NCBI GenBank assembly: GCA_053919585.1
Contig: CM132800.1
Direction: 5' to 3' (one strand)
DNA: 64,000 nt
Origin: Euprymna scolopes
Lineage: Eukaryota
The stretch's first letter is position 1. The number at the start of each line of letters is the position of its first letter. Positions 23,740 through 37,334 of this stretch are shown one piece after another. The position numbers and the translations under genes are program-made. Under the pieces are notes generated by a model, which searched no databases, had not been told where the DNA came from, and saw only the letters and a list, made by a program, of their open reading frames with translations.

Positions 23740-24721
23740 TTCTATATTTTGCCCCCCCACTCTCTTCTTTCGTTCACTCCCCTTGCATGTCTCTCGCATT
23801 TTCACTCAATTTAAGTTTAATTTGACGTTCACCAAGTACAATTAAACTTTCAATAACTGTCATGCGAGCGCAGAATACTACAAAACGACTGCATATTTTC
23901 AGAGGAAAAAAAAAACATAAAATTCTTATTTTATAACCTTTCTCATTATCATAATTGTCTTGACTATCCTTGTTAGTATCGGCATAATCATTAACATCAT
24001 CACACATGCTAGTAATAATAATAATCATCATTATTACATTTATCGATACAATTATATCCTATTATCGAACTTATAACACGTATAATGCTTTGTATTATTA
24101 AAAAAATTTTTTAATTTAATCTCATTATTATAAGTGTCAAATATGTAAATAATCAGAAGATAAACTGAGCGGTATAAATTATATATTTGCTGTTGTACAA
24201 ATACAAGGAGACGTACTTTAATGTAAAAGAGATGTGATATATGTTTGTACTCGAAACTATATATTATATATCATCCATGTGATAAGATATGCAAAANNNN
24301 NNNNNNNNNNNNNNNNNNNNNNNNNNNNNNNNNNNNNNNNNNNNNNNNNNNNNNNNNNNNNNNNNNNNNNNNNNNNNNNNNNNNNNNNNNNNNNNNNNNN
24401 NNNNNNNNNNNNNNNNNNNNNNNNNNNNNNNNNNNNNNNNNNNNAAACATGTTAAAACATACTTTGAAAAAGAGTTAAAAACATATTTAATCTGAGAAGG
24501 AAACACTTAATAAGTGGATAGTTTTTAATCTGCAGAGTTTCGAAGAAATACTTTCCTTCTCACAGAGGGTAGGAATTAGCAAAATGTGGGATCGGATTTT
24601 GCATACAAAACTATTTGATGAAACTGCAAGTAAGTCAAAGATTTTACTTGATAACAAAAAGTGAAGCAGAGGGAATATGGTGGAGAAAAAGGTGATTAAA
24701 CGCGAATGGATTTTATTTGAC

Positions 24722-24769
<48 letters not shown>

Positions 24770-24939
24770 TATGTGTGTGTGTGTGTATGCATGCATACAT
24801 ACATATATATTTTTTTGTCCAGTAGGGAAGCAAATGAATACAAGTTACACGAATTTATTTTTTAAATACAAGTTTTAAACATTTTTAGTGCTGCTTTCTT
24901 TAGGTCGACAATTCTATCGTTCCACCCTGTAGTAAGAAA

Positions 24940-26340
24940 ACAGTTACACAAATTTGAAACATGAAAGTTTCTGTCACACTCATTTGAATATTAAAGTTTC
25001 AATTATGCTCATTTAAAATATTTAGGTTAAGTCAGACTCATGTAAAAGTAAATTTGTCAGTTACACCCATTTAATTCATAAAGTTTTTAATGACACATTT
25101 AGAACACGTAATTATCACTTACACTCATTAAAAACATGTATGTTTCAATTACACTCATTAAAAACTTAAATACTCAATTATATATTTCCCAAACAATAAG
25201 CTTTCAGATACACTCACTCATAAAAAGACTCAATTACACACGTTTTCTAAAATGAAGTTTACCGTTATACCCATTTAAAAATAATGGTCTTAGTTACACC
25301 TATTTAAAAAAAATGAAGCTGTCAGTTTCACTTATTTACAAAGTGAAAATATTGTTACAAGCCTTAAAAAACGAAGATTTTTTTGACTCTCATTTCATAA
25401 ATATATCTTGTTACACATATAAAGAATAACCACCGGTATCCATGACAAATTACATTTACCTGAGAATTCTTCCTTCAAACTTCTCGGCTTAACATTCACT
25501 GGCAATATGAACTGGAATAAATGCATTGAGGACATTGTGAAGACTGCTGCAAAGAAGGCAGGCTCCCTCTCTCCTGCTAGAAACTACTCACATCTGAATA
25601 TTCTTACCTCTACAAAGCCACCATTCGCCCATGGAGTATTGTTGCCACAATTGGGCTGATGCATTTACTGCCAGTTTCTCCCTCTTGGAAAAATAAAAAG
25701 AGTCTCTAATCTAATAGGTTCCGCTTTTTCAACCAAGCTCAAACCTCTGTCCTATCGTTGAAATATTGCATCCCTGTGTCTGTGTCATAAGTATTTTAAT
25801 GAAATGTGCTGTGATGAACTCGTTGCACGTGCGTCCATCGATATATATATCCTCAACAAATCCGCTTAGAACAAAATCACACCCCTTCACTTTTGAAATA
25901 CAAGAAAGCTCATTGATCCAATAGTTTCTTCCCTCGAACAGCTAGACGTTGGAATTCCTTTCCTGCTACCTGCTTCCCTGACTGTACTGATATGCAGAAG
26001 TTTAAATGTAATGTAAACCAACATTTTGTTAATCTTCCCTAGGCATTGTTCGAAATAGTAGCCATTTACGTCCAAGTGGGGATATCCCTTGTTTGGGGTG
26101 AACGTGAGTAAAAAAATTACTCTCATTTAAAGAAATGTTAAGCTACGAACATTTACAAAAAGAAATGGTCAGTTACACACGTTTTCAAAATGGAAGATTT
26201 TGTTTCATTCCTTTAGGAAATAAAATTTCACGTTACGCACATTTACCAAAAGAAACGTCTAGTTTCAATCATTAAAACAAAAACTTTACAGATCTACTTA
26301 CACACATGAAAGAGTCCAGTTCGACATATTTAAAAATATA
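24940..26340. repeat. Degenerate ~32-bp minisatellite interrupted by a LINE
   Basis: Recurrent cagttacacNcatttaaaa motif in 24940-25420 and again in 26115-26340. Confidence 0.65.
25430..26115 (+). mobile_element. 5'-truncated CR1-group (Zenon-like) LINE
   Basis: LPENSSFKLLGLTFTGNMNWNKCIEDIVKTAAKK, LYKATIRP/MEYCCH and LQPLSYR.NIASLC, with frameshifts. Homologous to 37753-38220. Confidence 0.85.
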
Positions 26341-27029
26341 ATACTTATGAACAGGACTAATTTTATTCAGAGAAAGTTTCAATTAGATTTGAAATCGTTT
26401 TATTATTGTATTTTCCATTTATTTGAAATATTTGTCTCGAACAAATTACCGTTAAAAATAAACAAATAACTACAATGTTTGAAGGAAAAAAAAATGAAGT
26501 GTAAATCTATTTGTCGAGCTTGAGACATTTTTGTCACGTGACAAAAGTGAAATCTTAAACCAAACAACATTGAAACAAAATAAATATGGACAAATATCTG
26601 AGCTGTTTGCTCACACCGACAAAAAAGATAATAAATGGTTGGAAAACGTGTTGAAAATGATGGTATATGGAATATGTCTTCCATATAATTGATACTATTA
26701 GACTGACACAAAAGAACCACTAAAATATCTCAAACAGAGCTCAAAATCAAGTTTTTGTTTTATTCGTGGCGAAGTTACACTAATATAAAAACTGCTTTAT
26801 TCTTCTTCATTTTTGTTAGTAATATATAGTTTGGTTATTGGGTTATTTTGTTCTACGGTGTGTCAACCCTTTTAGAGATATTTACTTCTGAATCCAGTAA
26901 TTTTGGCAAACGGTTTTATGCTTCAAGTTCTTTCTATCTTCTAATATTTATTCATGATGTTTGATTTGGTTGTTTTGTCGAGGAAAATTGACGTTTTTAG
27001 CTTTTGGATTTGCAGAACATGATTGAGTT

Positions 27030-27400
27030 TTTTTTTTACATAGGCGTCACCACTTATCAAGGCCGATAGGCCACTCAAGGATAAGGGTTAAAAGGTGTAG
27101 AGCAGTTAAAAGGACAATGTAGTAATCGATAGTAATGGAAGTTCGGTAAATTTGTTAACTTAAGTGGAACGGCTCATCAGAAACTTGTTCACGTTGGACT
27201 TGAAGACAACCATATTATAGACAGCTGGAAAGCAGGAAAACGGAAGACAATTCCACAGGCGTGCAGTTCTAAGAAAGAAGCTTTTATCATGGAATCTATG
27301 TTTAGGTTTAGGTACAGATAAAGAGTGGGGAAAATTATTGATAATGTTTTCAGCTAGTCTAGTGTTTCTTGTGAAAGTTTGGCGAGTTTGCAAAGAGAAA
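27030..27400 (-). mobile_element. CR1-group LINE 3' end
   Basis: ORF 27160-27393 SFFLRTARLWNCLPFSCFPAVYNMVVFKSNVNKFL plus the shared tail and poly(A). Confidence 0.8.
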
Positions 27401-29246
27401 GGATAAGAACAATAACATCAATGTTTGGTGCGTTTTTGGTCAGGAAGTTGGTCTCTTCAGACAGCCTAATTTGGTAGCAATGGATAACAATATATAAGTG
27501 TCTAATACAATACGCACACTTATAACATACACGGGTATTGTACACTAATACTACAGCCATAAACACGCTACATACGTAATACGCATAAGACATGAACACA
27601 CGTTACATATACGTTATACAGTGAGGTGATTATGACTAAGTGACTAATAGATTTAAGTGAAACATGATTCTACCATGTTCGAATACAATCAGTTACATAG
27701 TACCACTTTAACTTATAGACGTTGGCAACCTTCATGTTGTCCTTTATGCATGTACATGATTTCAGAAAAAAAGGCAACCAATCAGTCCGTTCAAAAGAGT
27801 GCACTGTAGTTTTAGACTTACTTACTTTACTGATTATTGCTGTTCTTAGCCATTCAGCATGGTGACATCGTTCACTGCCGAACTTATTCACAACTTTTAT
27901 TCCATCCATTCATTCCGCTCTCCCGAATATACTCGCCTCACATGCTATGCGATCAGTTCCACATCTTCACTTTATTTATTTATTCATCGTCTCGTTGCCG
28001 CTGTGACGTGCTTTAAGTGATTGTCTTCTCCCACGTCATCCACCCCATAATGTGATCGTCTTCTCTCATATGATCTTTCTATTTATAGCCAACTTTTATC
28101 GATGACGTCATTTTACATGCATTTGTATACGCGCGTCCGCGATATGTGACGCCTAGATTAGTTGTTTACCAATGTTTGAAAGCATTACCTACTGTAATTT
28201 TTTGTTAGGATGGAAAACGGTGGATTCACAACTTCATAGGAGTATTAGAAACAAATGATTTTACGCATACTTGAACTAAAAAAAAAAAANNNNNNNNNNN
28301 NNNNNNNNNNNNNNNNNNNNNNNNNNNNNNNNNNNNNNNNNNNNNNNNNNNNNNNNNNNNNNNNNNNNNNNNNNNNNNNNNNNNNNNNNNNNNNNNNNNN
28401 NNNNNNNNNNNNNNNNNNNNNNNNNNNNNNNNNNNNNNNNNNNTTGCAACCTTGAACCGCTTGTGAATTTGATTCTCCCTAGAAACACCGTTCTTTGGAA
28501 GAAGTCTATTTAACTTGCCTAGTTATTCTGTATTTTCACCAAAGAATTTCATAAATGAATTAGTAAAAATGAATAAAACTTGGAAAACCACAAGATTAAG
28601 CGACCCCAAACGAGCAAGTCTTTACTACAAGAAAGTAAATCTGACTAGACACCGTTTGCTGCAGAATTTGAGTCAGGTGTTCTGGTTTGCCAGAACCGGT
28701 GTGTCAAACGTGATCATACTGTTTGCATTATAGATGCCACATACATATTTGCTAACAAATGTTAAAAAAACAAAAGCATATTTTTCAATTTTTGACATTA
28801 AAATAAAAACATAAGTGGAAAACAAGATTGCAAACTCCAAATGGAAAGTTCTATGAATCTTTTCGGCGTTCGTTTTTTTTCTTTTCCTTTTAGATCCTTT
28901 TCGCGCGTAGCATGATTATAGTATTCATAGAAAAAGAGACGAATACAATAGACAGCAATTCGCAAAAAGGAATTGCCTTCTTCTTATGTTTATTTCCACC
29001 CGTATATCGAATTTCTGTCATTGCGTACCTTTCTCGACTGATTATTCAAATAAAACATCAATTTACAAGAATAAGATCTGAGAACGCTTCGTCGTTCAAA
29101 TGCGACCTCGTACCCCGATAAAAAGACGCCGTCTGTCGGTCATATGCTAATCAGCTATTCTTTACTCCAAAACAAGCAATAATTTACCCATATCCCGGCA
29201 GTTATTAATCTAGCTGTACGTATTTTTAAAATGTATAACTTATATA

Positions 29247-29400
29247 TCTATATAATATATTTCGTGGTCTGTCTGTCTGTCTGTTATTCCGTTTGTTCGT
29301 TCCACTTTTTCTCGGAAACTACTGCTGATTTGGCTGAATTTTTTATGGAGCTTTGTTATGATAAGGTGCAGCAAATGAAGTATAACGGTAACCGTTCGAT
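29247..29400 (+). mobile_element. Helitron/DINE-like 5' end
   Basis: A|TCtatataatatatttcgtggtctgtctgtctgtctg. Confidence 0.45.
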
Positions 29401-29416
29401 GCACAGTTAGGATTAA

Positions 29417-29671
29417 TCTATCCATTCATCCATCCATCGCCTTGAGCCCCTTGGAGGGGCATAGGCTATCTACAATTTTGTAGATGCTTTTGTTGCGAGG
29501 AGTTCTTTTTTTCTGGGTGAGGGTGCTGGCCCCACGCCCAACCTTTCCAAAAGGTACATACAGCCCTTAGCCTTCCCAAATGGTTACACATCTGGTACTG
29601 GCCAGGCTCAAAGTTGCTTACCTTCGGCGATCTGATGAGAATCGGTGTGTCAACGTTATTGTGCTGTACAC
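29417..29671 (-). mobile_element. Full-length 5S rRNA-derived SINE (SINE3) with RTE-like body and tail
   Basis: The minus-strand head (29671-~29558) gtgtacagcacaataacgttgacacaccgattctcatcagatcgccgaaggtaagcaactttgagcctggccagtaccagatgtgtaaccatttgggaa is colinear with 5S rRNA. Tail is (GATG)n. A perfect TSD TTAGGATTAA lies at 29407-29416 and 29672-29681. Confidence 0.85.
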
Positions 29672-29754
29672 TTAGGATTAACAGGGATTATTATTTAAAT
29701 TCCACTTATCCCCCAAAACTACTGAGCTGCTCCAGCTATAAATTTGTACGAACC

Positions 29755-29935
29755 TTTGATCCTAGATATGATCTTAAACTATATCCAGTGGTGAGGCCCC
29801 AGCTTGCGGGCTTTGGGGAGTGTGGAGCCACCCTTTAATTGCCATTGCTCCCAGGCCCACTCTGACCCGGAGTGGTAGTACCTGTTAGGGTCCCAACTAT
29901 GGGTTAAATAGAAACCGACTTGAAAACAACAAACT
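29755..29935 (+). mobile_element. Dispersed SINE-like/non-autonomous retroelement repeat
   Basis: Close reverse-complement match to 46552-46728 (ccactctgacccggagtggtagtacctgttagggtcccaactatgggttaaatagaa). Confidence 0.75.
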
Positions 29936-30464
29936 TATTCTATTAAAAAAATGTCCTTTAAAAACTTTGGATTTGGCATTGGTAAACGCGCAGTTTGAAT
30001 GGACGCATCTTAAGAATGTTTGTTAATGTATTTTGTTTTTCAATTTCGGAAAAAACAGTTGAGCTTAGATTTTACAATAAATTATAAAAATGAGATAAGC
30101 GGAACTTGGTTGAAAGAGTCTCCTACGGCTGCGTCTGTTCATTGGCTTGCGTGTATCAACAGTTTATTGGGAATTGCAAATAAGAGATTTCTGTCAGATC
30201 TGTTGCATTCGTTCTCGCATAAATATCATTAAGATTCGACTTCACACTTTTCTACAGTAAAGAGCGAAATCATCAGAGAAAGTTAAACAAGCAAAAATGC
30301 ATGTAAATCTCTTGTAGTTATGATAAGGTCACAATGGCGACCCAAACCTAGAAGAGAACTCCTTCTCATATAATACCGTAAAAACGCTAACAAGATTAAC
30401 AAAAGTAACGCTTTCTCTAATCTGTGAAAAATCAATTAAAATTTTATCGTCGTATAAATGCTCA

Positions 30465-30545
30465 ATACATTATTCAAACTTATGTTCTCATATTGGATGT
30501 TATTTTTAAAATGTTTCGACTGATGTAACCGCTAACCTTCTGTCG
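30465..30545 (-). repeat. Family B pLTR/HHR remnant
   Basis: Minus strand gaaggttagcggttacatcagtcGAAAcatt matches the family B core. Confidence 0.45.
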
Positions 30546-31575
30546 ACATCTCTTGTCTAAGTTGTAAGTATTTATGCCTGACTAGGAAGTTAATGCGCAA
30601 TTTCGAACTCCACCCTTTGATCCATTGGGATCTAAATATTTCCAAGTTCTGCTGAATGCAGTTGAAGATCGAAGATTACATCGTCCAAAACTCTGATGAA
30701 CACAGTTTCTAAATAACCTACATAATAAAAAGTTTGATTGGTTATTGAAAGCAAAAAATGACGAAATCATAGAAGGCACTTTCGAACGATGCACATTTTG
30801 AAACGAAACAGGTATTCGGCTCAATTAACTCATATAAAGAAATGAAAAGAATATTTTTAACACTAGCTGGTCCGTGGCGTGACGTTGCCCGGAAAGCAGA
30901 TTAACCAAAGAAATTGCATGCCCTTGAAATATTGAATAGTTGCTTATGCTTCTCCGCCTCACGATGTTAAGTTAAAAGAAATATCAGAAAAGTAAAAAGA
31001 AAAAAAAACGTGCGTTTTTGATGGAGGCTTTCTGTTTAATGTATAATGTGAATACGCATTTCTTTAATGGGAACTGTTATTCCGGACATTAAAAACTGTA
31101 TAAAATATAATTGCTAAAGAAATGATTTCATCGCAGGCGGCCATGCCAAGAAAAAGATGTAATATGAAATATGTTACCATACGCTCATTCAATATGAGCA
31201 TTTAACGATACAAATTTTATTTCAAACTGTGAGAGGTGAAATTTCCCTCTTACGAGTAATGTTTTCTAAGAGCAATGTGATCTGAGAGCAATGCATTCTG
31301 GGAGTTTTGTTTGTTGAGGCTAACAAAGATATTCCATGTGTAAAATTAAGTATTAAATGTATTCTGAACTCGAAAGCAATGTATTATAATAGCAATACAT
31401 TCAATGTGACATTACTCTAAAATTATACACGAATAGACAATGAACAGATACACGCGTGGGGGGGGGGGCATTTTACCCATGTTCGCTTACCTCATTTATA
31501 TAATTTATTGTATATATATAATGTGTTATAATGGCAATGCATTCCGAGAGAAACGTATTCTAGAAATATAAATAA

Positions 31576-32083
31576 CTAGCAGGCTGCCCGTCGTTGCTCG
31601 ATACACAAACTGAGAGTTGTGCATGCTAGTATTACATTTTTATAAACAGTTCACTTCTCGTAAGTAAAAAAGCCAAAACAAAAACAAAAAAAAAAACGCT
31701 CGAGCTGAAATCGAAACCAAAGCCTAAAGACAGTGAGTCAACTACGATAACCATTAGGCCAGCTTCACACATATTTTCAAAGTGTTTTCTAGCCTACTTA
31801 TTCTTAACATAAAGAAGCTGTCATTTTCCACCGTCGCGCATGTGCATTCGTGAAACAGTTGGCAAACAGATAAAAATCCGATGACCCTCCCCTCCCAGGT
31901 ACGAACTTTTTTTTTAATTTTGAGCCCTAAGCAGCCATTTATTCCGGATGAAAATGGATTAAAAAGTTTTCCACATGTCTGAATCACAAATGCACCAAAT
32001 TTCAAACCTGTAGATAAAAATTCGTTGAGTATATAGGTTGAGAAGTGCCCTCACATATATTCTCACTTTCATAGATATATAGA
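31576..32083 (-). mobile_element. Complete non-autonomous Helitron-like element with tRNA-like cassette
   Basis: Minus-strand termini A|TCtatat ... cgagcaacgacgggcagcctgCTAG|T. Internal TGGCCTAATGG ... GGTTTCGATTTcagctc at ~31697-31763. Confidence 0.7.
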
Positions 32084-32549
32084 TTACCCTAGCGATATAA
32101 TTATATTTAATAAATTTATTTCTCATTGAATAATTCATAGGCGGTTGATATGCCGTGAAACAACCAATTTTGATCAAAAACCATTAAATGAATGTTCTTT
32201 GTGAAAAATTACCTGAAATTTAAGTCCAAGATAAAATTTCATGATAATGGGAAATATTTGAATTTTTGAATGAGATGGTTGTTCTCATAATAATCTGTTA
32301 AAATGGTCTATTACGTGAATATTTCAGAATATTATTAATTTATGTCAAAACTTAAGGTATCTGAATATTAACAAAAATATTTAAGCCCTTTTTGTTATAC
32401 ACCGAACTAAACATAACCCACATTACACACTCTTACGCATAATAAAATTAATCCCATATTCTTCGGTATTTAATTCCCTCTAACATAAACATCTGACCAC
32501 ATAAACATATCTAAGTTTATGCATATATATATATATATATACACACAGA

Positions 32550-32589
<40 letters not shown>

Positions 32590-33925
32590 GAGAGAGAGAG
32601 ACGGGTAGAAAGAGAGACAGATTAACTGCAATTTTGTTATTCTCTTATTCTTTTCTACGATACAAAATATCGTATTTACCTATACATAAACCTAAATTAT
32701 AATCAATATAGACTACATTATACACATTTGGTCATAAAATAGGTAAAAAAAAAAATTATGATGGTAAGTAAATTAGTTTTGGTTTTAATCCATAAACAAG
32801 CCTGAACATATATACATACTTAATTAAAGAGAGCGATATANNNNNNNNNNNNNNNNNNNNNNNNNNNNNNNNNNNNNNNNNNNNNNNNNNNNNNNNNNNN
32901 NNNNNNNNNNNNNNNNNNNNNNNNNNNNNNNNNNNNNNNNNNNNNNNNNNNNNNNNNNNNNNNNNNNNNNNNNNNNNNNNNNNNNNNNNNNNNNNNNNNN
33001 NNNNNNNNNNNNNNNNNNNNNNNNNNNNNNNNNNNNNNNNAGGTACGTAAATAGATAGGTATATCTAGAGAAAGTAACAATTTCTCGACATATATATCTA
33101 CCTATGTATCTCTAAATGTATCTATCTAAGAGAGAAATGTCCTGCGATTTCTTTTTTCTCTTATCCAATTCAAGATATTGCATTAGTCCTAAATAAGTTA
33201 CAACAAATAAAGTAGAAATTGTCACTTCTTTTTCTATGCATAAATATTACAAGTTAATGGTTTATCTTGCAACACAGTCTGTAAATATACTTTTTATTTT
33301 CATCGGCTTTTCGTGAGGAGAAAATTATTCAATTGAATATTCAATTACAGCATCTGGTTTCTTTTATTTATAAAATTACTGTCGCTTGTAATTGTATTAA
33401 CCACATTGTTTCTCCGGCTTGTTTGGACAATTTTAATGCCACAACTGGGTGAGAATATCTACCACTCCGATAAGAACAGTCGACCACATCTTAAGGGGGA
33501 ACAACATGCCAGGAAGCGACAGGAAGGACACATGACCTGCTATACATTGACTAAAAAAGTCTAAAGTGATAATAAATGAAAAAAAGTACATAGTCATGGC
33601 ATGGATCGATTAAAAGAAAGCCTAGGACACAAACTATAACCTTATCAGCACGTTGTAGCCTCAGTCGCAAAATAGAAAAAGAATAAGAAAGAACTTCAAC
33701 TCGCTTTCTCGCAGTTGTAATAGCATTTATTTCTTCCTTCTCCCGCCACGCATGATCGCGTTACGGCACTGACGTCACTCACCGCTCTAACGTGATCTCA
33801 AACGCCATCCACGTCTCTAACATAATCGTCATCTCGATCGTGATCACACCTTTTTATGGTCTTCTTTTTCCTTACCTTGACGTTATTTCGCGCACGGCCT
33901 AGTATTTGCATATAGTTTTGTTACA

Positions 33926-34305
33926 AAATTCGTATTAGTTAGATTATTCGGACTATTGTTATTATCTTGAGTGCTATTTACACAGAGTTTCGGCCGATCT
34001 AACCCCCGACTTTCAAACCACAAAACCTTAATATAATTTCAAATTACTTAGGATTCTACTCCGTCATGGTTGACGGAACGAGAACATGCTACTTCCGTGA
34101 ATTAAATAAAAGGTTCTGTTAGAAATTTCATGAAGATTTACGAGTTTGACAGAAAGATTCCCGAATTTGACAAGGTACACGTGAAGAAGGTCGGTTGTTA
34201 CATCGACTGAAACGTGGTGAAAATAACACTATAAGATAAGAACAGCAGTCCGAATAATTCAAATAATACGAATTATCAATACTCATCTAAAAAATTCAGA
34301 AACAA
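33926..34305 (+). mobile_element. Family B PLE remnant with inverted pLTR
   Basis: 33926-34015 is the reverse complement of ~34186-34275. Core cacGTGAAGAaggtcggttgttacatcgactGAAAcgtggtg. Confidence 0.6.
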
Positions 34306-34734
34306 AAACTACCAACTATGAAAGATTAAATGTTACAGGATGTAAAAAAATATGTGACAAAAACACTAAACTAATTGAAAAAACAAAAAAAAAAAACAAT
34401 GGAAACGTAGTGACTCAAACTAATAACTTGAAATAACACTTAACATAGATTAGAATACAAATAGTTTTTTTTCTAGCGAGATTCTCTATCATTAATACTT
34501 TTTATCACAGCGATGATGCCACCCAACAATATGCGCAGGAATTGAAATTCACATGCACAATAGAAAAATACCTCCTTTATTATATAGATTCAATCTACAT
34601 AAAGCAAAAAAGAAACTAACAAATCTTATAAATAAAACCACAATATTTTAAATGTTATTCGCAATTGAAAACTCTGCCTACAAAAGATGAAAACAGAAAA
34701 ACGCAAAACGGCAGACAAATTTCTGAAGTTTGAA

Positions 34735-34822
34735 GAATACACATGAAGGAGGTCAGAGATTACATCGGTCGAAACGTTGTGAGACTAACACTCAATCGTA
34801 GTCCGAATAATCCAAATAATTT
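34735..34822 (+). repeat. Family B pLTR/HHR remnant
   Basis: acacATGAAGGaggtcagagattacatcggtcGAAAcgTTgtga...gtccgaataat. Confidence 0.55.
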
Positions 34823-35207
34823 GACGTCAAAAATGTTTTTGTAGTTGCACTCACCTTTTAACGCAAATAAAATTTCAGAAGTCATCATCTTCATCATATC
34901 GCATGTGTCCGACGATTCTAGTGCTGGCATTGGTTTCCCCCATATTTTTCTAGTCATAATTATTTTTAGGAAAACATCGGGGATTACAGAAAAGACCACG
35001 TAAATGTAATTTGAGGGAAAGTGATTCATGTGGAACTAACTGGAATCGAACTTGGCGCACCTAGGTTTTCGGTGTTTGTCGCTAACTAGTCGACCAGCGT
35101 CATTTAGATTTCCAAAGTAAAAAATAAAAAAGAAAGAAAAAAATGTTAAAAAACGAAGAAGGTAAAATAATGAAGAGTAAATTCCCTGTAATCTTTAAAA
35201 GAAGTAA

Positions 35208-35425
35208 ATGGTCAATTATAGTCGAGGGCAACCATGAGGCACTCTTACAAAAGTTGCTAAACCGAATAGTAGGGGATGGTACTGCACGTTCTATAAGATT
35301 ATTTCACTATTAGCCCGGAACTTGTAATGCTGCGTGTTTAGTAAGGAGATAGCAAATACTATTTTAAAGTTTTCAGTATGAAACAATTAACGATTGAACT
35401 TTGATTTTCTGCCCATTAGCGAACA
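35208..35425 (-). mobile_element. Degenerate tRNA-derived SINE (MetaSINE-like core)
   Basis: taatgctgcgtgtttagtaaggagatagcaaatactattttaaagttttcagtatga..gattgaac resembles the reverse complement of a B-box plus Meta-domain, recalled from memory. Confidence 0.45.
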
Positions 35426-36944
35426 TGTAGAATAATATGAAATCCTAACATTTAAAACAACTCTATTGAATACCCTTCGTTAAGGTGGTAATAAAAGAGC
35501 AGAGGAAAAAAAGAAGAGTGTTAGTAATGGAATAAGTATGGACGAAGACAAAAGGTTAGAAACTCCGCGTTTTGTTAAATAAATGTGTGCTTATTAAGTC
35601 TTTTACATTTCATGTAAAAGAAAATGAAGAAAAGTCTTTATGATGTACATACCCGCCATGGAACGAGGAAAACTCAAGAAATCACGTAAATTGATCGAAT
35701 AGATTTTTTTTTATTTAAGAAAATAAAATTTTCTGACTAGCTAAATACGAGATAAATTAGTCGCCATATTTGGTCGAATTCGAAATTTAACCCTGATTAC
35801 CTCCCTATTAACAATCTCCTCAGGAGTAACTGCTCATACATGGCTTCTAAAAATACTTAATTGTTAAAAATCGTAAAAATTAAAAAAAAAATAAATACTA
35901 CTCGGTCAATGTTTGTGATTTTTAGGCTATAACATTTTCATGCCGTGACACCATAAAGTTGTTTTTTTTTCATTTTAGTTTGCTTAAATAAGTGCAAGTA
36001 TGAATACGTGCCAATAAATAACCCATCCATTTATGAAGAAAGGATGAATCTCCTGTCTGTAAGGAAAGGAAAAGAGTTTATACATGAAGAATGCGTATCG
36101 TATAACAGTGCTGAGATCAGGGTCATGTAAGCGTGTGCGCATGCGTTCGTGTATATGTATGTGCGTGTTATAGTAAGTCCATGTGTATGCTGCTATATAG
36201 CTATGTAACTTGCTNNNNNNNNNNNNNNNNNNNNNNNNNNNNNNNNNNNNNNNNNNNNNNNNNNNNNNNNNNNNNNNNNNNNNNNNNNNNNNNNNNNNNN
36301 NNNNNNNNNNNNNNNNNNNNNNNNNNNNNNNNNNNNNNNNNNNNNNNTTTTTATGAACTTCTATAACGTTCTTAGTTCGCCTGAGAGATGTTCTCTGATT
36401 GGACTAGCCAAATACAGGTTCAAAAACGTAAACCGCGAGTTATCACTGCCACTGCTATTGTTGTGGTCGTATGTAACTGCTATTATTGCTAAAACACTCT
36501 TACCCTTATATCAAAGAGCTGTCTCTACGTACGAAAATTCAACAAAGTGAAAAGTAATTGAAATCAATTAATAATAAAATTGATGAATACTCTAAATACA
36601 TGAATTAATTTAAATTTCTAATTCGTCAACACAACCCTAAACAAAATGTTACAAGAACAGATCCTCTGTTCTTGTAAGTAAGAAAAACATTAAATAAATA
36701 AAAATGAGAGAGGGTAGACCGAGAATTCGAACCTGGAAAGCTAGATTTGGAATTAAGATTCAGGAAGAAATTCCCATTGTTAGTTTTAATATAAAATAGC
36801 AGATATGTTTGTTTGAAAAGGAATTTGATGATTCAATTCTGTTTATAAAAGTTAAATTGAAACAAGGTCAGTTAGAAAAACGAGCACTAGTAAATGTTAA
36901 CATATTGAAAAATAGGTTAGACCGAAAATAGGTTAGAGAATTCT

Positions 36945-37334
36945 TGCTGCAGTCATGTGTGAACAGTGAACATGAGTTCAGGGCCACGTCAGTCGAGCAC
37001 ATTCTCGGACATGAGGCGAACGAGACATGTGAGGCATGTTCAGGTCACGGGATCGATCAAGCACATTTTTGGCCATGCGATGACGTCATGACTGAGAAAT
37101 GAATTCTCAGTATAGGGCTAGTTTTAGACGGAGTCCATAGACAGAGTCGGACAAACAAAGAGAGGGCCAGACAGGAGAGTCGAGTCCGGATCGAATCCCC
37201 CTTTGGAAGCGAAGGGTTAGAAGTTGTAATCATGTAGTGACTTTTGAATTTCTGGAATATCTTCATTGACCGGTCGAAGAAATAAAGGAACATAATCATT
37301 TTGTAACTGCGTCTTGTGTTGTATCATTCGCAAC
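36945..37334 (+). repeat. Possible solo LTR
   Basis: TGctgc...gcaaCA termini, higher GC, short internal repeats and AATAAA near the 3' end. No TSD seen. Confidence 0.3.

Noticed and set aside
29632-29645. CTGATGA as a hammerhead core
   Set aside because: It is part of the antisense 5S-derived head, with no GAAA or stems.
29558-29671. Functional 5S rRNA gene
   Set aside because: It is diverged, fused to a retro-type tail and flanked by a TSD.
30585-30830. Coding-looking stretch (possible transposase remnant)
   Set aside because: Multiple stops and no motif I can confidently assign.
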